Assembly: GCF_003057965.1 (NCBI RefSeq)
Contig: NZ_CP020921.1
Coordinates: forward strand, 1,166,916-1,230,915
Source: Thermodesulfobium acidiphilum
Lineage (GTDB): Bacteria > Thermodesulfobiota > Thermodesulfobiia > Thermodesulfobiales > Thermodesulfobiaceae
Length of the DNA: 64,000 nt
Direction of reading: 5' to 3'
The translations under genes were made by a program, and so were the position numbers. The notes under the pieces are model-generated. The model did no database searches and was not told the DNA's origin. It worked only from the letters and a program-made list of their open reading frames with translations. Of this stretch, positions 10,526 to 20,431 are shown piece by piece. Positions within the stretch are counted from its first letter, which is position 1. Every line of letters starts with the position of its first letter.

Positions 10526-11643
10526 GAAAGAATTCTCCCAAATACAATTCTTCCGGATGATGTTTGTAATACGCTTGTTATCGTAATGTTAACTTGAGAA
10601 TTAATATGATTTTTACCGTCTTCTATTACAACCATTGTCCCATCGTCTAAATATCCAACTCCTTGACCCGGAGTCTTTCCTTCCCTAACTATTTGGATAG
10701 AAATTTCTTCCCCAGGAAGCACTACCGCCTTTACTGCATTTGCCAGGTCATTAATGTTTAAGACTTTTATGTTCATTAAAGATGCAACCTGGTTTAAATT
10801 ATAATCATTTGTAATAATGCTTGAATTTGGTACGCCCTGAGCATATTTTATAAGTTTTTCGTCCACACCATTTAACCCTTTATAATCGATTTCGTCTATA
10901 ATAATAGAATCTTTTGCTTCCTCTTTAAAAGAATTCAATATTTCTAAAGCCCTTTTCCCTCTTGCCCTTTTCATTGGATCGGTAGAATCAGATAATTGCT
11001 GAACTTCTTTTATTACAAAGGAAGGAATAATTATCTTACCTTCTAAAAAACCAGTTCGCCATATATCTTGAATTCTACCATCAATAATTACGCTTGTATC
11101 AATTATTTTAGAATTCCCATATTGATGAACAACCTCTTTTATATGTTGTCTATCGCTCATGCCAAGAATTAAAGAAGAAGCTTTTTGGTAAAACTTAGAA
11201 ATTAACTTAAAAGTATTTTCTATATCCCTTTTTTTCTTTAGCGCCAGATAAACCCCTAAAAATCCTAGAACAAGATTAAATAAGAGTGGAATAAGTTTTA
11301 TTATCCCTATCAATGGCAAAAAGGAAAGCGGCCAGGTTATAAGTAAAGAAATAATCAAACCCAATAAGAGGCCTAGTACAGGTATAAAAATATCAAAGAG
11401 AGAAAAAGAAGTGATTCTATTCAAAAAAAACTTCAAATAACTAAAAAGCTTGTTCCAAAAAACAAATGCGAATAAAAAACCAATAAATGCAAAGAAAATA
11501 GGAATAAAAAAAAATGACAAAGTGCCAATTGATTTCTCTTGCCAAGGAAAAATAGAGTCAAAAAGTGACATTTTTACAATTGAATACCCTATAATAAAAA
11601 ATATGAGAGAACAGAATCCTGACCATAGCAACCTTAAGTTCAT
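10522..11643 (-). CDS. PIN/TRAM domain membrane protein (YacL family)
   Basis: TM N-terminus, [33 protein letters not shown] behind GGAGGTGA; canonical position before ispD. Confidence 0.93.
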   Translation of the reverse strand: MNLRLLWSGFCSLIFFIIGYSIVKMSLFDSIFPWQEKSIGTLSFFFIPIFFAFIGFLFAFVFWNKLFSYLKFFLNRITSFSLFDIFIPVLGLLLGLIISLLITWPLSFLPLIGIIKLIPLLFNLVLGFLGVYLALKKKRDIENTFKLISKFYQKASSLILGMSDRQHIKEVVHQYGNSKIIDTSVIIDGRIQDIWRTGFLEGKIIIPSFVIKEVQQLSDSTDPMKRARGKRALEILNSFKEEAKDSIIIDEIDYKGLNGVDEKLIKYAQGVPNSSIITNDYNLNQVASLMNIKVLNINDLANAVKAVVLPGEEISIQIVREGKTPGQGVGYLDDGTMVVIEDGKNHINSQVNITITSVLQTSSGRIVFGRILS

Positions 11644-11668
11644 AGGGCTCACCTCCTCGTTTGTTGAT

Positions 11669-13105
11669 ATGACAAAAAAAAATTACACTTTATGGCTTTT
11701 AACTCTTTTACTAACAGTTTTTACTGCAATCACTTTATATTACTTCGATAACAATATCCTAATTTTCTTTTTTTTATCACCTCTTTTTTATATCATAAGA
11801 AATTTAGAACTTAATAAGAAAAATTCTTTTCTCATATATTTTAATATTTTTTTATACTTTCTAACAAATACCAGCTGGTTATCAATATTTGGAATACATA
11901 TTGTTATTTTAATGTCTTTATATCTGTCTCTTTTTTGGTTTTTACCAATTATAATCTGGAAAAAAATTGAAAAAAATATACCTAAAAAATTATACACCAT
12001 TTCATTACCAATTTTTTTAACTTCTTCAGAAATTTTAAGAAACTCTGGTCCATTTGCCTTTGGGTTAGAAACTCCAGGATATTTTCTAATATATACACCA
12101 TTTATGTACATTGCAAGTTTTATCGGAGTAATAGGACTAACCTTTTTAATTTTTTATATTAATATGCTTTTTTCAAAGAAAAAAACCATTCCAAAAGCAC
12201 TTTATTTGCTGTGTTTTCTTATCCTAGCAGGATCTGTTGTAAATTTTTTAAATTCAAATAATAACAATATAAAATATCAAGAATTTACTATTTTACAAGG
12301 AAATTTCAGACCAATTTTTTTATATGATGAAAACTACGAAAATCTTATTAACAAGCAATATATAGATTTATTCAACCTTGCACAACATCAGTATCCAAAT
12401 AGTCTAATAGTAACCCCAGAGGTTATATTTAGAACTTGTTTAAATAAAGAAAATACTTTAATACCAAATCAACCTTCCTTAATAGGTTCTATTTACTGTA
12501 AAAATGACTCATATTATAACTCTATATACTTTCTTAACAAAAATGAAAAAGAGCTAGTTTACGAAAAGGAACATCTTGTTCCATTTGGAGAATTTAACCC
12601 AATACCAAAAATCTTTGGTTTTTTAAACAGATTTTTTCCTCAACTTGGCGATTTTAAGGAAGGAAAAAATTCTAAAACTTTTAAATATAAAGGTCTTTAT
12701 ATAGGATTTCTTATATGCTTCGAGGATACTCTCCCAGATTTAATATATGAAAAGCTAAAAAATAACAAAATAAATTTATTAGTAGTAGCTTCTAATGATG
12801 GATGGTTCAAAGATACAAAAGAGCCAATAGAACACTTAAATATATCAATATTCAGGGCCATTGAATTTGGAATACCAATAATTAGAGCAGCCAATACCGG
12901 ACCCTCTGCATTTATTAATCCAAATGGTGATATTATGAAACTTCTTCCGGCAGATAGAGCAGGAATTTTGTTTTATAACTTTAAAATTAATAAATATGAA
13001 ACGCTTTATTCAAAAATATCAACAAAAGAAGAAAAACTCTTCCTTACAATTTCTTTGCTTATCTTAGCATTATCTTTCTTTAATATCTTCAGAAAATTCT
13101 TTTAA
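11669..13105 (+). CDS. lnt: Apolipoprotein N-acyltransferase
   Basis: TM N-terminus plus nitrilase domain: QGN, PE, YNS, K.HLVPFGE, ICFE, NDGWF, RAIE, RAANTG.S. Confidence 0.9.
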   Translation: MTKKNYTLWLLTLLLTVFTAITLYYFDNNILIFFFLSPLFYIIRNLELNKKNSFLIYFNIFLYFLTNTSWLSIFGIHIVILMSLYLSLFWFLPIIIWKKIEKNIPKKLYTISLPIFLTSSEILRNSGPFAFGLETPGYFLIYTPFMYIASFIGVIGLTFLIFYINMLFSKKKTIPKALYLLCFLILAGSVVNFLNSNNNNIKYQEFTILQGNFRPIFLYDENYENLINKQYIDLFNLAQHQYPNSLIVTPEVIFRTCLNKENTLIPNQPSLIGSIYCKNDSYYNSIYFLNKNEKELVYEKEHLVPFGEFNPIPKIFGFLNRFFPQLGDFKEGKNSKTFKYKGLYIGFLICFEDTLPDLIYEKLKNNKINLLVVASNDGWFKDTKEPIEHLNISIFRAIEFGIPIIRAANTGPSAFINPNGDIMKLLPADRAGILFYNFKINKYETLYSKISTKEEKLFLTISLLILALSFFNIFRKFF

Positions 13106-13717
13106 AATTCTTATTACCTCTTCGTCCTTCACCTCTCCGAAATCTGCATAAAATTGACCTACAGCCCAAAATTCTTTCGGTGCTATTAAATAAATTAGAA
13201 TGTCTGCCTCTTTTTTTATAAGATCAATAGTTTCATAAGGCAAAACTGGGACTGCGACAATAATTGATCTGGGTTTAAAGATCCTTAACCCTCTTATACT
13301 GGCAATAACCGTAGAACCAGTAGCTATCCCATCATCAACAATAATAAGATTTTTATCCTTATAATCAAATTTTTTTGTTCTATAAAGATTGCTTCTTCTT
13401 TCAATCTCTTTTCTTTCTCTTTCTATTACTTTATCAAGATAATCCTTTTCAATTCCTAAAAGTTTATATGCTCTTTCATTTATCACCAAACCATTATGCT
13501 CACCTATTGCCCCAATAGCCAGTTCAGGATTGCCAGGTGCGCCTAATTTTCTAGGTATTGTAATATCTAAATCCCATCCGAAAAATTTAGCAACTTGAGC
13601 ACCTATAACTATTCCTCCTCTTGGAATAGCTAAAACAATAACATCTGTTATATTGGGTAAAGTTTCTTTAATCTTTTCAGAAAGAAGTTTTGCAGCTTCA
13701 AGCCTATCTTTAAACAT
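13070..13717 (-). CDS. Phosphoribosyltransferase family protein
   Basis: FKDRLEAA, LAIPRGG, RKLGAPGNPELAIGA, PRPP motif IIVDDGIATGST. Confidence 0.92.
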   Translation of the reverse strand: MFKDRLEAAKLLSEKIKETLPNITDVIVLAIPRGGIVIGAQVAKFFGWDLDITIPRKLGAPGNPELAIGAIGEHNGLVINERAYKLLGIEKDYLDKVIERERKEIERRSNLYRTKKFDYKDKNLIIVDDGIATGSTVIASIRGLRIFKPRSIIVAVPVLPYETIDLIKKEADILIYLIAPKEFWAVGQFYADFGEVKDEEVIRILKEFSEDIKER

Positions 13718-14726
13718 AATCAATACCCTTTATATTAATCTTTCTTCCACATTTTGGGCATTCACTACTTTTCAACTTGTTTTGTATTATTTCATATCCT
13801 TTTCTTTCAATTAATAGCTCTCCACACGTCGGACAATATGTATTTTCCTTTCCTCCAGATAGATTACCAGTATAAACAAAATTTAATCCAACTTTTTTAG
13901 CTATTTTATAAGCTTCATTTAATTTTTCTACAGGAGTAGGCATCAAACCTGAAAGTTCATATTGAGGGAAAAATCTCGTAATATGCCACGGAGTATCTTC
14001 TCCTAATTCACTCTTGATCCAACTAGCAGTTTCAAATATTTCTTCAGAAGAATCGTTGTAACCAGGAACCACGTTAGTAACTATTTCTACATGACAATTG
14101 TATTTATATTTGGCAGCCTTTATAGCAAGTAAAATTGGTCTTATATCTTCTACATTTGCAGCCTCTCGATAGTACTTGCCCCTAATACCTTTCAGGTCAA
14201 CTCTATATGCATCAATATACTCTGCTACAGTGTCAAGAGCTTTTAGTGTAATATAACCATTAGTAACCATTACAGTATAAAGACCACTTTTTTTAATTAT
14301 CTTTGCAGAATCCAAAACGTATTCTATCCAGATAGTTGGTTCATTGTAGGTCCATGCTACACCTCTACATGAATATCTCTTTGCTAATTCCAAAAGATAT
14401 TCGGGCGCTATTTCTTCCCCACCACTCGGCCCAGAACAAGCTATCTGCCAATTTTGACATCCTAAACACCTAAAATTACAACCAAATGTACCAACAGAAA
14501 AAACTCTGCTCCCTGGAAAAAAATGAAAAAGTGGCTTTTTTTCAATTGGATCTACAGCAGCAGAAGAAACAAGAGAATAAATAAGAGTTTTCAATTCTCC
14601 TGAAAAATTCTTTCTTACACCACAGTATCCAGTTTCTCCGTCATCTAAAGTACATAGCCTTGGACAAACAAGACATCTAACCTTCTTCCCAAGACGAGCA
14701 AATAAAATAGCATTATGAATTGACAT
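13710..14726 (-). CDS. amrS: AmmeMemoRadiSam system radical SAM enzyme
   Basis: CxxCPxxC...CGVR, DPIEKKPLFHF, CNFRCLGCQN, TYNEP, C-terminal CxxC...CxxC. Confidence 0.93.
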   Translation of the reverse strand: MSIHNAILFARLGKKVRCLVCPRLCTLDDGETGYCGVRKNFSGELKTLIYSLVSSAAVDPIEKKPLFHFFPGSRVFSVGTFGCNFRCLGCQNWQIACSGPSGGEEIAPEYLLELAKRYSCRGVAWTYNEPTIWIEYVLDSAKIIKKSGLYTVMVTNGYITLKALDTVAEYIDAYRVDLKGIRGKYYREAANVEDIRPILLAIKAAKYKYNCHVEIVTNVVPGYNDSSEEIFETASWIKSELGEDTPWHITRFFPQYELSGLMPTPVEKLNEAYKIAKKVGLNFVYTGNLSGGKENTYCPTCGELLIERKGYEIIQNKLKSSECPKCGRKINIKGIDYV

Positions 14727-14744
14727 AATTAAATATTATTAGAA

Positions 14745-15125
14745 TTATTGCTTATTTTCTTTTCCATTTGCTTTAAGCTCATTAGTATACTCTTTGTTTA
14801 CATCCTTTTTTTCTTGTTTTAATTGTTCGATCTGGTTTTGTTCGTTTGTAATATTCTCTTCTGAGCCGCCATTGTTCTTAATTTGATTTTTTTCCTGGAT
14901 TTCTTCTTTAAATTCATTCTGGATTTCTTTTTTTTCTTTATTTTTTTCCATATTTATTTCCTTAATTCCCTGACCATGATTACTTTTCTTGTCAAAAATT
15001 TCAAAAATCCCTGGATTATTCTTACTGGGTATAGGCCCTACTCCTTTTGAGTATGAAACTCCCGCAAAGATAAAAACGCTTACCAGTACAAATGTTATAA
15101 AGTATAAGTGTTTATTTATCAACAT
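14745..15125 (-). CDS. Hypothetical secreted, low-complexity charged protein
   Basis: Signal-peptide-like N-terminus; K/E/N/Q-rich body; SD-like GGTGGGG. Confidence 0.6.
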   Translation of the reverse strand: MLINKHLYFITFVLVSVFIFAGVSYSKGVGPIPSKNNPGIFEIFDKKSNHGQGIKEINMEKNKEKKEIQNEFKEEIQEKNQIKNNGGSEENITNEQNQIEQLKQEKKDVNKEYTNELKANGKENKQ

Positions 15126-15334
15126 AACCCCACCTTTCTAAAGGGTACATTATTTATTTTACCATGAATAATATAAACTACAATTATTTCTTAAAGTATC
15201 CATTTTAATTTAAAAAACAACTTGAAAATTTTTAAAAACGTTCTACTACTGTGCAAAATAAACTCGTAAAATAGAATTGGACTTTTAGCACTTACCATAT
15301 TATTCATTTGTTTTAAAATATTTGTTTTAAAAAA

Positions 15335-15409
15335 TGGTCGGGGCGAGTGGACTTGAACCACCGACCTCTCCCACCCCAAAGGAGTGCGCTACCCCTGCGC
15401 TACGCCCCG
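15335..15409 (-). tRNA. tRNA-Pro (anticodon GGG), CCA encoded
   Basis: Reverse complement CGGGGCGTAGCGCAGGGGTAGCGCA-CTCCT-TTGGGGT-GGGAG-AGGTCGGTGGTTCAAGTCCACTCGCCCCGACCA folds as a cloverleaf. Confidence 0.96.
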
Positions 15410-15419
15410 ACGAGTACTT

Positions 15420-15448
15420 ATTATAAAATAAATTGAAAATAGATGCAA
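15420..15448 (-). promoter_or_regulatory. Sigma70-type promoter of tRNA-Pro
   Basis: TTGCAT-17 nt-TATAAT, ending 10 nt before the mature tRNA 5' end. Confidence 0.75.
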
Positions 15449-15484
15449 TAAAAACTTTGCTCTAAAAGAGACAAAAAAATTATG

Positions 15485-16435
15485 TTATATCTGATTTATA
15501 GCCGTAAGTCTCCAATTTATTGAATCTTCTGATATAAAGCTCCATAACTCCTGAAAATCAACCAATTCATCTTTATTGCCTCTGAGAATGTTTTTGTTCA
15601 CATCAACATCATAATCCGTCATTGTAGCTTCAATTTTATAAGTTACATATATTTTCCCCTCTTCAACCCAGGCATCTACCAAATCCATTCTTTTAACTGA
15701 GATATTTTCCACAAAATTTGTAATGCCGCTCTTGTTAAATTCTTCAATTTGTTTCTGAAAATTTAAAAACATTTCATCAGTAGTTAAGTTTCTTAGCATA
15801 TTAAAATTCTTCTCTGACCAAGCCTTCTGAATACTTACAAATATTTCTTTGATTTTAGATCTCAAATTCTCCTCAGAAAAGGAAGGAAAAGCTCTTTCTA
15901 TCTCCTTTAACCCTCTATCCACATCCATTTTTGCTTGAACAGAGCCTAACTTCACTCCCTGAAGACTATCATTATAAACACTTGAAGCATTATATAATTC
16001 TTTATTCACAGAAACCTCATTATAATTGCTATCACTTTTAAATCTTCTTTTTGCAAAATAATTAATCAGATATATTAGCAAAAACCCAATAATTATAATC
16101 AATAAAAAGCCAGCTAGAGAACTATTTGGCCCATTAAAACCAAACAAACTACCTAACATTGAAAATAGTGCAATTGAAGCCAGAGCACCTATCAAACCGC
16201 CCAAAAAATTTCTAAGGAAAGATGGTTGACTTTGATTGTTGTTTGGATTAACAGGAGAAGTAGTTTTAGGTGTATTTAGATTTGGCGAAACATATTTATT
16301 TCCTGCTGAATAGCTATGAGTTCCTGTAGTGCCAAAACTTTTGCCACCACCAGCCTTCGAAAAGGCAATTTCTAAATTAAACGCCGAAAAAGCAAAACTT
16401 ACTAGCAAAAACAATATTAAAACCTTTTTAAACAA
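15485..16435 (-). CDS. Tim44 domain-containing membrane protein
   Basis: Signal peptide, AGGGKSFG Gly/Ser stretch, TM pair, then IQKAW..., E.W.F, W.L.AI.Q Tim44-like domain. Confidence 0.88.
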   Translation of the reverse strand: MFKKVLILFLLVSFAFSAFNLEIAFSKAGGGKSFGTTGTHSYSAGNKYVSPNLNTPKTTSPVNPNNNQSQPSFLRNFLGGLIGALASIALFSMLGSLFGFNGPNSSLAGFLLIIIIGFLLIYLINYFAKRRFKSDSNYNEVSVNKELYNASSVYNDSLQGVKLGSVQAKMDVDRGLKEIERAFPSFSEENLRSKIKEIFVSIQKAWSEKNFNMLRNLTTDEMFLNFQKQIEEFNKSGITNFVENISVKRMDLVDAWVEEGKIYVTYKIEATMTDYDVDVNKNILRGNKDELVDFQELWSFISEDSINWRLTAINQI

Positions 16436-16476
16436 TTTTTAACCTCCAATAATTTTTTATTGTATAATCTTATGAT

Positions 16477-16695
16477 ATGAAAAGGATGAGAAGACAAAAA
16501 GTAACAAGATCTCATATAACGTATTATCTAATATTATTTATTATAGCAACCATAGTTTTATGGCCTGTATATTGGATATGGGCTATACCTCCATTTTTAC
16601 CAGCAATTCTAATTGTTATTTTTGGACCTTCTTATGAAGAATTTATTCATATTTACAATAAATTCTTTAAAAACGGCAATACGAAAAAAGCTTAA
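16477..16695 (+). CDS. Small hypothetical membrane protein
   Basis: 72 aa with two hydrophobic segments; fills the gap exactly; TATAAT at 16463-16468. Confidence 0.55.
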   Translation: MKRMRRQKVTRSHITYYLILFIIATIVLWPVYWIWAIPPFLPAILIVIFGPSYEEFIHIYNKFFKNGNTKKA

Positions 16696-19600
16696 ATTTC
16701 ATCAGCCACTTTTACTAACTTATTAAAAAGTAAAGATCCATAGTTTCTGTTAATTTTGTATGGGTGATGAGTTAATATAAAATTTCTCTCTGGATGAGGC
16801 ATAAGCCCTAATATTCTACCACTTTTATCTGTAATACCAGCAATATTTTCCTTAGAGTCGTTTGGATTGTATTTATCATAAATAAAAACTACCTGTTTAT
16901 TTTTGAAAATCTTTTCTAAAACGTCTACTTTAGCATAAAATCTCCCTTCAGCATGCGCTATTGGCAATTCAATTTCAGAAAACTCGTTCGGCACAAAAAT
17001 ACATCTATTATCCAGGACTTTTATATTTACCCACTCGCATTGAAATTCTCCAGAAGTATTGTAAGTTAAAGTAACATTTTGCTTAAAATTGCCCTCTTCT
17101 AATCCAGGCAAAATCCCAGTTTTGACTAAAACCTGAAAACCATTACAAATTCCCACAATAAGCATTTTTTCATTGCTTTTAACAATGTCATTAAAAATTT
17201 TTGAAAATTCTACAGCCATTATCTTTCCTGCTGAAATATAATCTCCATACGTAAAACCACCTGGTAAAACCAGAATTCTATAATCGACAAATTTTACTTC
17301 TTTTTTAATAATCCTATTAATATGAAATGAGTCAACTTCAGCACCACTGTTTTCAAGTGCGAGAACTGTTTCTGAATCACAGTTTGCGCCAGAAGCTTTT
17401 AACACTAAGGCTTTTGGTTTTCTTCCCAAAACTATATTTGGAATTGTAAATGACTTTTTATTAAAAGAGTAAGGAGTTTTTTTCTTTAAATAATCTGGCA
17501 AGAGAGGACTCCTCCAGGATTCTTTTAACGCATATATGTTCTCTTTAACTATAGTTTCTCCTGACAAACCTTTTATTGTAAGATAAGGCTCTTCACAAGT
17601 TTTCCCAATTATAGAATATACAGAATCTTCCAAAACCCTTTCAAATTTTTCTTGATTCTCTGGCTTTACCTCTACTAAAAATCTTCCATTTGACTCAGAA
17701 AACAAAATAATTTCATCTTTATCTATTGATTCGCCACAAACGACATCTTTTAATTGAATTCTTACGCCAAAATTACCTGAAAAGCTCATCTCAGAAATAC
17801 AAACTGCCAAGCCTCCATCAGAGAGATCGTGACATGAATCTACCAAACCAAGTTCGATAGCTTTTGAAAGTCTTTTCATTAAAGACATAGAATCCTTTGC
17901 ATTAACTTTTGGCACATTACCATCAGTAGAATCAAACATTATTTTCATAAACTGTGAACCGCCCAATTCATTATTAGTTTTACCAAGAAGGTATACAATA
18001 TTGCCAGGACCTTTGAAATCTGACGTTATAGTCTTTTCTACATCTTTAACAATAGCAATAGCAGATATTAATAAGGTTGGGGGCACAGATATAACTTTGT
18101 CGTGATAAGTAAACTCATTGTATAGGCTATCCTTACCTGATATAAATGGAACCTCAAATTCTAGAGAAAAATCATGGCAGGCTTTTACTGACTCATAAAG
18201 ACTCCACACGTTTTCTGGTTTTTTAGGCGATCCCCAAGCAAAATTATCTAAAATAGCCGCTTGAGTTATATCAGCTCCAACACAAACGAGCTGTCTTAAA
18301 GCTTCTTCTATGGCAGAAGCACTCATCCAATATGGGTCCTTCAAACCATAAAAAGGATTAATTCCATTTGAAATTGCAAAGCCTCTTTTATCATTCCAAA
18401 AAGGTCTCAAAACAGCAGCATCGGAAGGTCCATCTCTATATAACCCAATTAAAGGCTTTATTACGCTCATCCCTTGAACCTCAAAGTCATAACCCGATAT
18501 AAACTTCTCTTTAGAACAAATGTTATATGAAGATAATATTTTATGCAAAGTCTCAGAAAAATCTGTGATTTTTTTATTGTAATCAGTAGTTTGTGAAGTT
18601 GAATTTGGTTTTTGTGCTAAAATTTTTTTACTAGCTTCTTTCCAACCATTAAACAAAAAATCATTAGAAATATTTGATACCTCAGAGTTTTCATAATAAA
18701 GCTTTAATCTTTTATCATTAGTAAATTTTCCAATTACTGTAGCTTCAACATCTTCAGATTCAAAAATTTTCAATACTTCATCTTTATCTTTTTCAGCTAT
18801 AGCCAGGACCATTCTTTCCTGGGATTCTGATATCCATATTTCAAAATAATTTAGACCTTGATATTTTAAAGGAACTTTATCTAAGTAAACTTCGACTCCA
18901 GTTTCTTCTCCCATTTCCCCTACAGCACTAGACAGTCCTCCACCACCACAATCAGTAATTCTTTTTATGTAACCCATATCACGTACTCTAAGTATTGTAT
19001 CTATAAGTTTCTTTTCCGTAAAAGGATCACCAATTTGTACAGCGCCAGAAGAGACTACTTCAGATTCTTCCGAAAGCTCCAAAGATGCAAAGTTTACACC
19101 GTGAATTCCATCTCTACCCGTTCTACCACCAACTAAAAGAACCAAATCGCCAGGTTCTTGCCTACCCTTAAGAGCAAACTTTTTTGGAATAATTCCAATA
19201 GAACCACAAAAAACCAGAGGATTTCCCATGTAGTCATCATGAAACAAAACTGTACCATTTACAGTTGGGACACCTATTCTGTTTCCATAGTCCCTAACGC
19301 CTCTGAAAACTCCCTCCAAGATCCTTTTGGGATGTAAGGTTCCCTTCGGTAAATCTTCCTGTGAAACGTCAATATTACCAAAGCAAAAAACATCGGTATT
19401 TGCAATAGGTTTAGCAGAAAGTCCTGTGCCCATAATATCTCTAACTACACCGCCAATTCCCGTAGCAGCACCTCCATATGGTTCTAAAGCAGAAGGGTGA
19501 TTATGGGTTTCTACTTTAAAACACAGGCACCAATCGTCGTTAAAACTTATAACACCTGAGTTGTCATCAAAAACAGAAACCAAATATGGCTTTTTAGCCT

Positions 19601-20357
19601 TTAGCTTATTGGTAGCATCTTTTATTAAAGAAAACATCGCAGGTAGAGTTCTACCTTCAAATTCAACCTCAGATTTAAAAGTCTTGTGTATGCAGTGTTC
19701 AGACCAACTTTGGGCAATGGTTTCTAATTCAACGTCAGTGGGATCTCTGTCTTCATTTATAAAATAATTTTTAATAATCTTCATTTCGTTTAAATCAAGG
19801 CTTAAACCTCTTTTGACAGATAGCTGTCTTAACTCTTGATCTGTTAAATTTCTTATAGGAATAGTAGTTTTTTTAAATTTAAAGGTTGGCAGATCTAATA
19901 AAATCTTTTCTTTACCCTTTACAACATGTTGAATTAGCTTATTCATTAAGACTTTTTCACAGATTTTATTAACATCCTTCTTTGATATTGACTCACCAGT
20001 AAAAATATACCTTTTAGACGTTCTACAAGCTTTCACACTATTGTAACCTAAAGTTCTAATACCTCTTTTTATAGGTTCTTCAGCTGGGTCCATAACTCCA
20101 GGATTAAAGATTATTTCTACATCTTCTCCTTTTCTCTCTTGTTTCCCTAAAAAATAAGTCTCAACTACTGGATCTATTAACAAATTTTTTGCAATGTCTT
20201 CTATCTCATTCTGGTTTAAATCTCCTTCAATATTGTAAACTCTTGCAATCTTGACATCATGAACGCTCTCTACACCAATTGAAACAATCTGTCTAAGTAC
20301 GCTTTCTGCCTCAGCATCAAAAACTCCTTCTTTAAACCAAACCTCGACTCTATACAA
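16692..20357 (-). CDS. purL: Phosphoribosylformylglycinamidine synthase, PurS-like/PurL/PurQ fusion
   Basis: N-terminal PurS-like repeats (V.DAEAES, LLIDPVVE; VMDP, LMNKLIQ), WSEHC.HK, ETHNHPS, SESQERM, GKDS, HDLSDGG; glutaminase PGGFTYGD, GICNGFQ, MPHPER. Confidence 0.95.
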   Translation of the reverse strand: MYRVEVWFKEGVFDAEAESVLRQIVSIGVESVHDVKIARVYNIEGDLNQNEIEDIAKNLLIDPVVETYFLGKQERKGEDVEIIFNPGVMDPAEEPIKRGIRTLGYNSVKACRTSKRYIFTGESISKKDVNKICEKVLMNKLIQHVVKGKEKILLDLPTFKFKKTTIPIRNLTDQELRQLSVKRGLSLDLNEMKIIKNYFINEDRDPTDVELETIAQSWSEHCIHKTFKSEVEFEGRTLPAMFSLIKDATNKLKAKKPYLVSVFDDNSGVISFNDDWCLCFKVETHNHPSALEPYGGAATGIGGVVRDIMGTGLSAKPIANTDVFCFGNIDVSQEDLPKGTLHPKRILEGVFRGVRDYGNRIGVPTVNGTVLFHDDYMGNPLVFCGSIGIIPKKFALKGRQEPGDLVLLVGGRTGRDGIHGVNFASLELSEESEVVSSGAVQIGDPFTEKKLIDTILRVRDMGYIKRITDCGGGGLSSAVGEMGEETGVEVYLDKVPLKYQGLNYFEIWISESQERMVLAIAEKDKDEVLKIFESEDVEATVIGKFTNDKRLKLYYENSEVSNISNDFLFNGWKEASKKILAQKPNSTSQTTDYNKKITDFSETLHKILSSYNICSKEKFISGYDFEVQGMSVIKPLIGLYRDGPSDAAVLRPFWNDKRGFAISNGINPFYGLKDPYWMSASAIEEALRQLVCVGADITQAAILDNFAWGSPKKPENVWSLYESVKACHDFSLEFEVPFISGKDSLYNEFTYHDKVISVPPTLLISAIAIVKDVEKTITSDFKGPGNIVYLLGKTNNELGGSQFMKIMFDSTDGNVPKVNAKDSMSLMKRLSKAIELGLVDSCHDLSDGGLAVCISEMSFSGNFGVRIQLKDVVCGESIDKDEIILFSESNGRFLVEVKPENQEKFERVLEDSVYSIIGKTCEEPYLTIKGLSGETIVKENIYALKESWRSPLLPDYLKKKTPYSFNKKSFTIPNIVLGRKPKALVLKASGANCDSETVLALENSGAEVDSFHINRIIKKEVKFVDYRILVLPGGFTYGDYISAGKIMAVEFSKIFNDIVKSNEKMLIVGICNGFQVLVKTGILPGLEEGNFKQNVTLTYNTSGEFQCEWVNIKVLDNRCIFVPNEFSEIELPIAHAEGRFYAKVDVLEKIFKNKQVVFIYDKYNPNDSKENIAGITDKSGRILGLMPHPERNFILTHHPYKINRNYGSLLFNKLVKVADEI

Positions 20358-20431
20358 GGATTAACCCCCTCAAGTTAAATAAAGTTTTAGAAAATATTAT
20401 TCTATTTATTAATTTGTAAATACACATACGT

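Noticed and set aside
11450..11668. N-terminal extension of lnt in the ORF track
   Set aside because: Overlaps yacL antisense and is not Lnt-like; ATG 11669 preferred
15130..15335. Integrated element at the tRNA-Pro 3' end
   Set aside because: No integrase and no duplicated tRNA 3' end seen in the window
15191..15379. 62-aa ORF MGWERSVVQV...
   Set aside because: Overlaps tRNA-Pro; spurious
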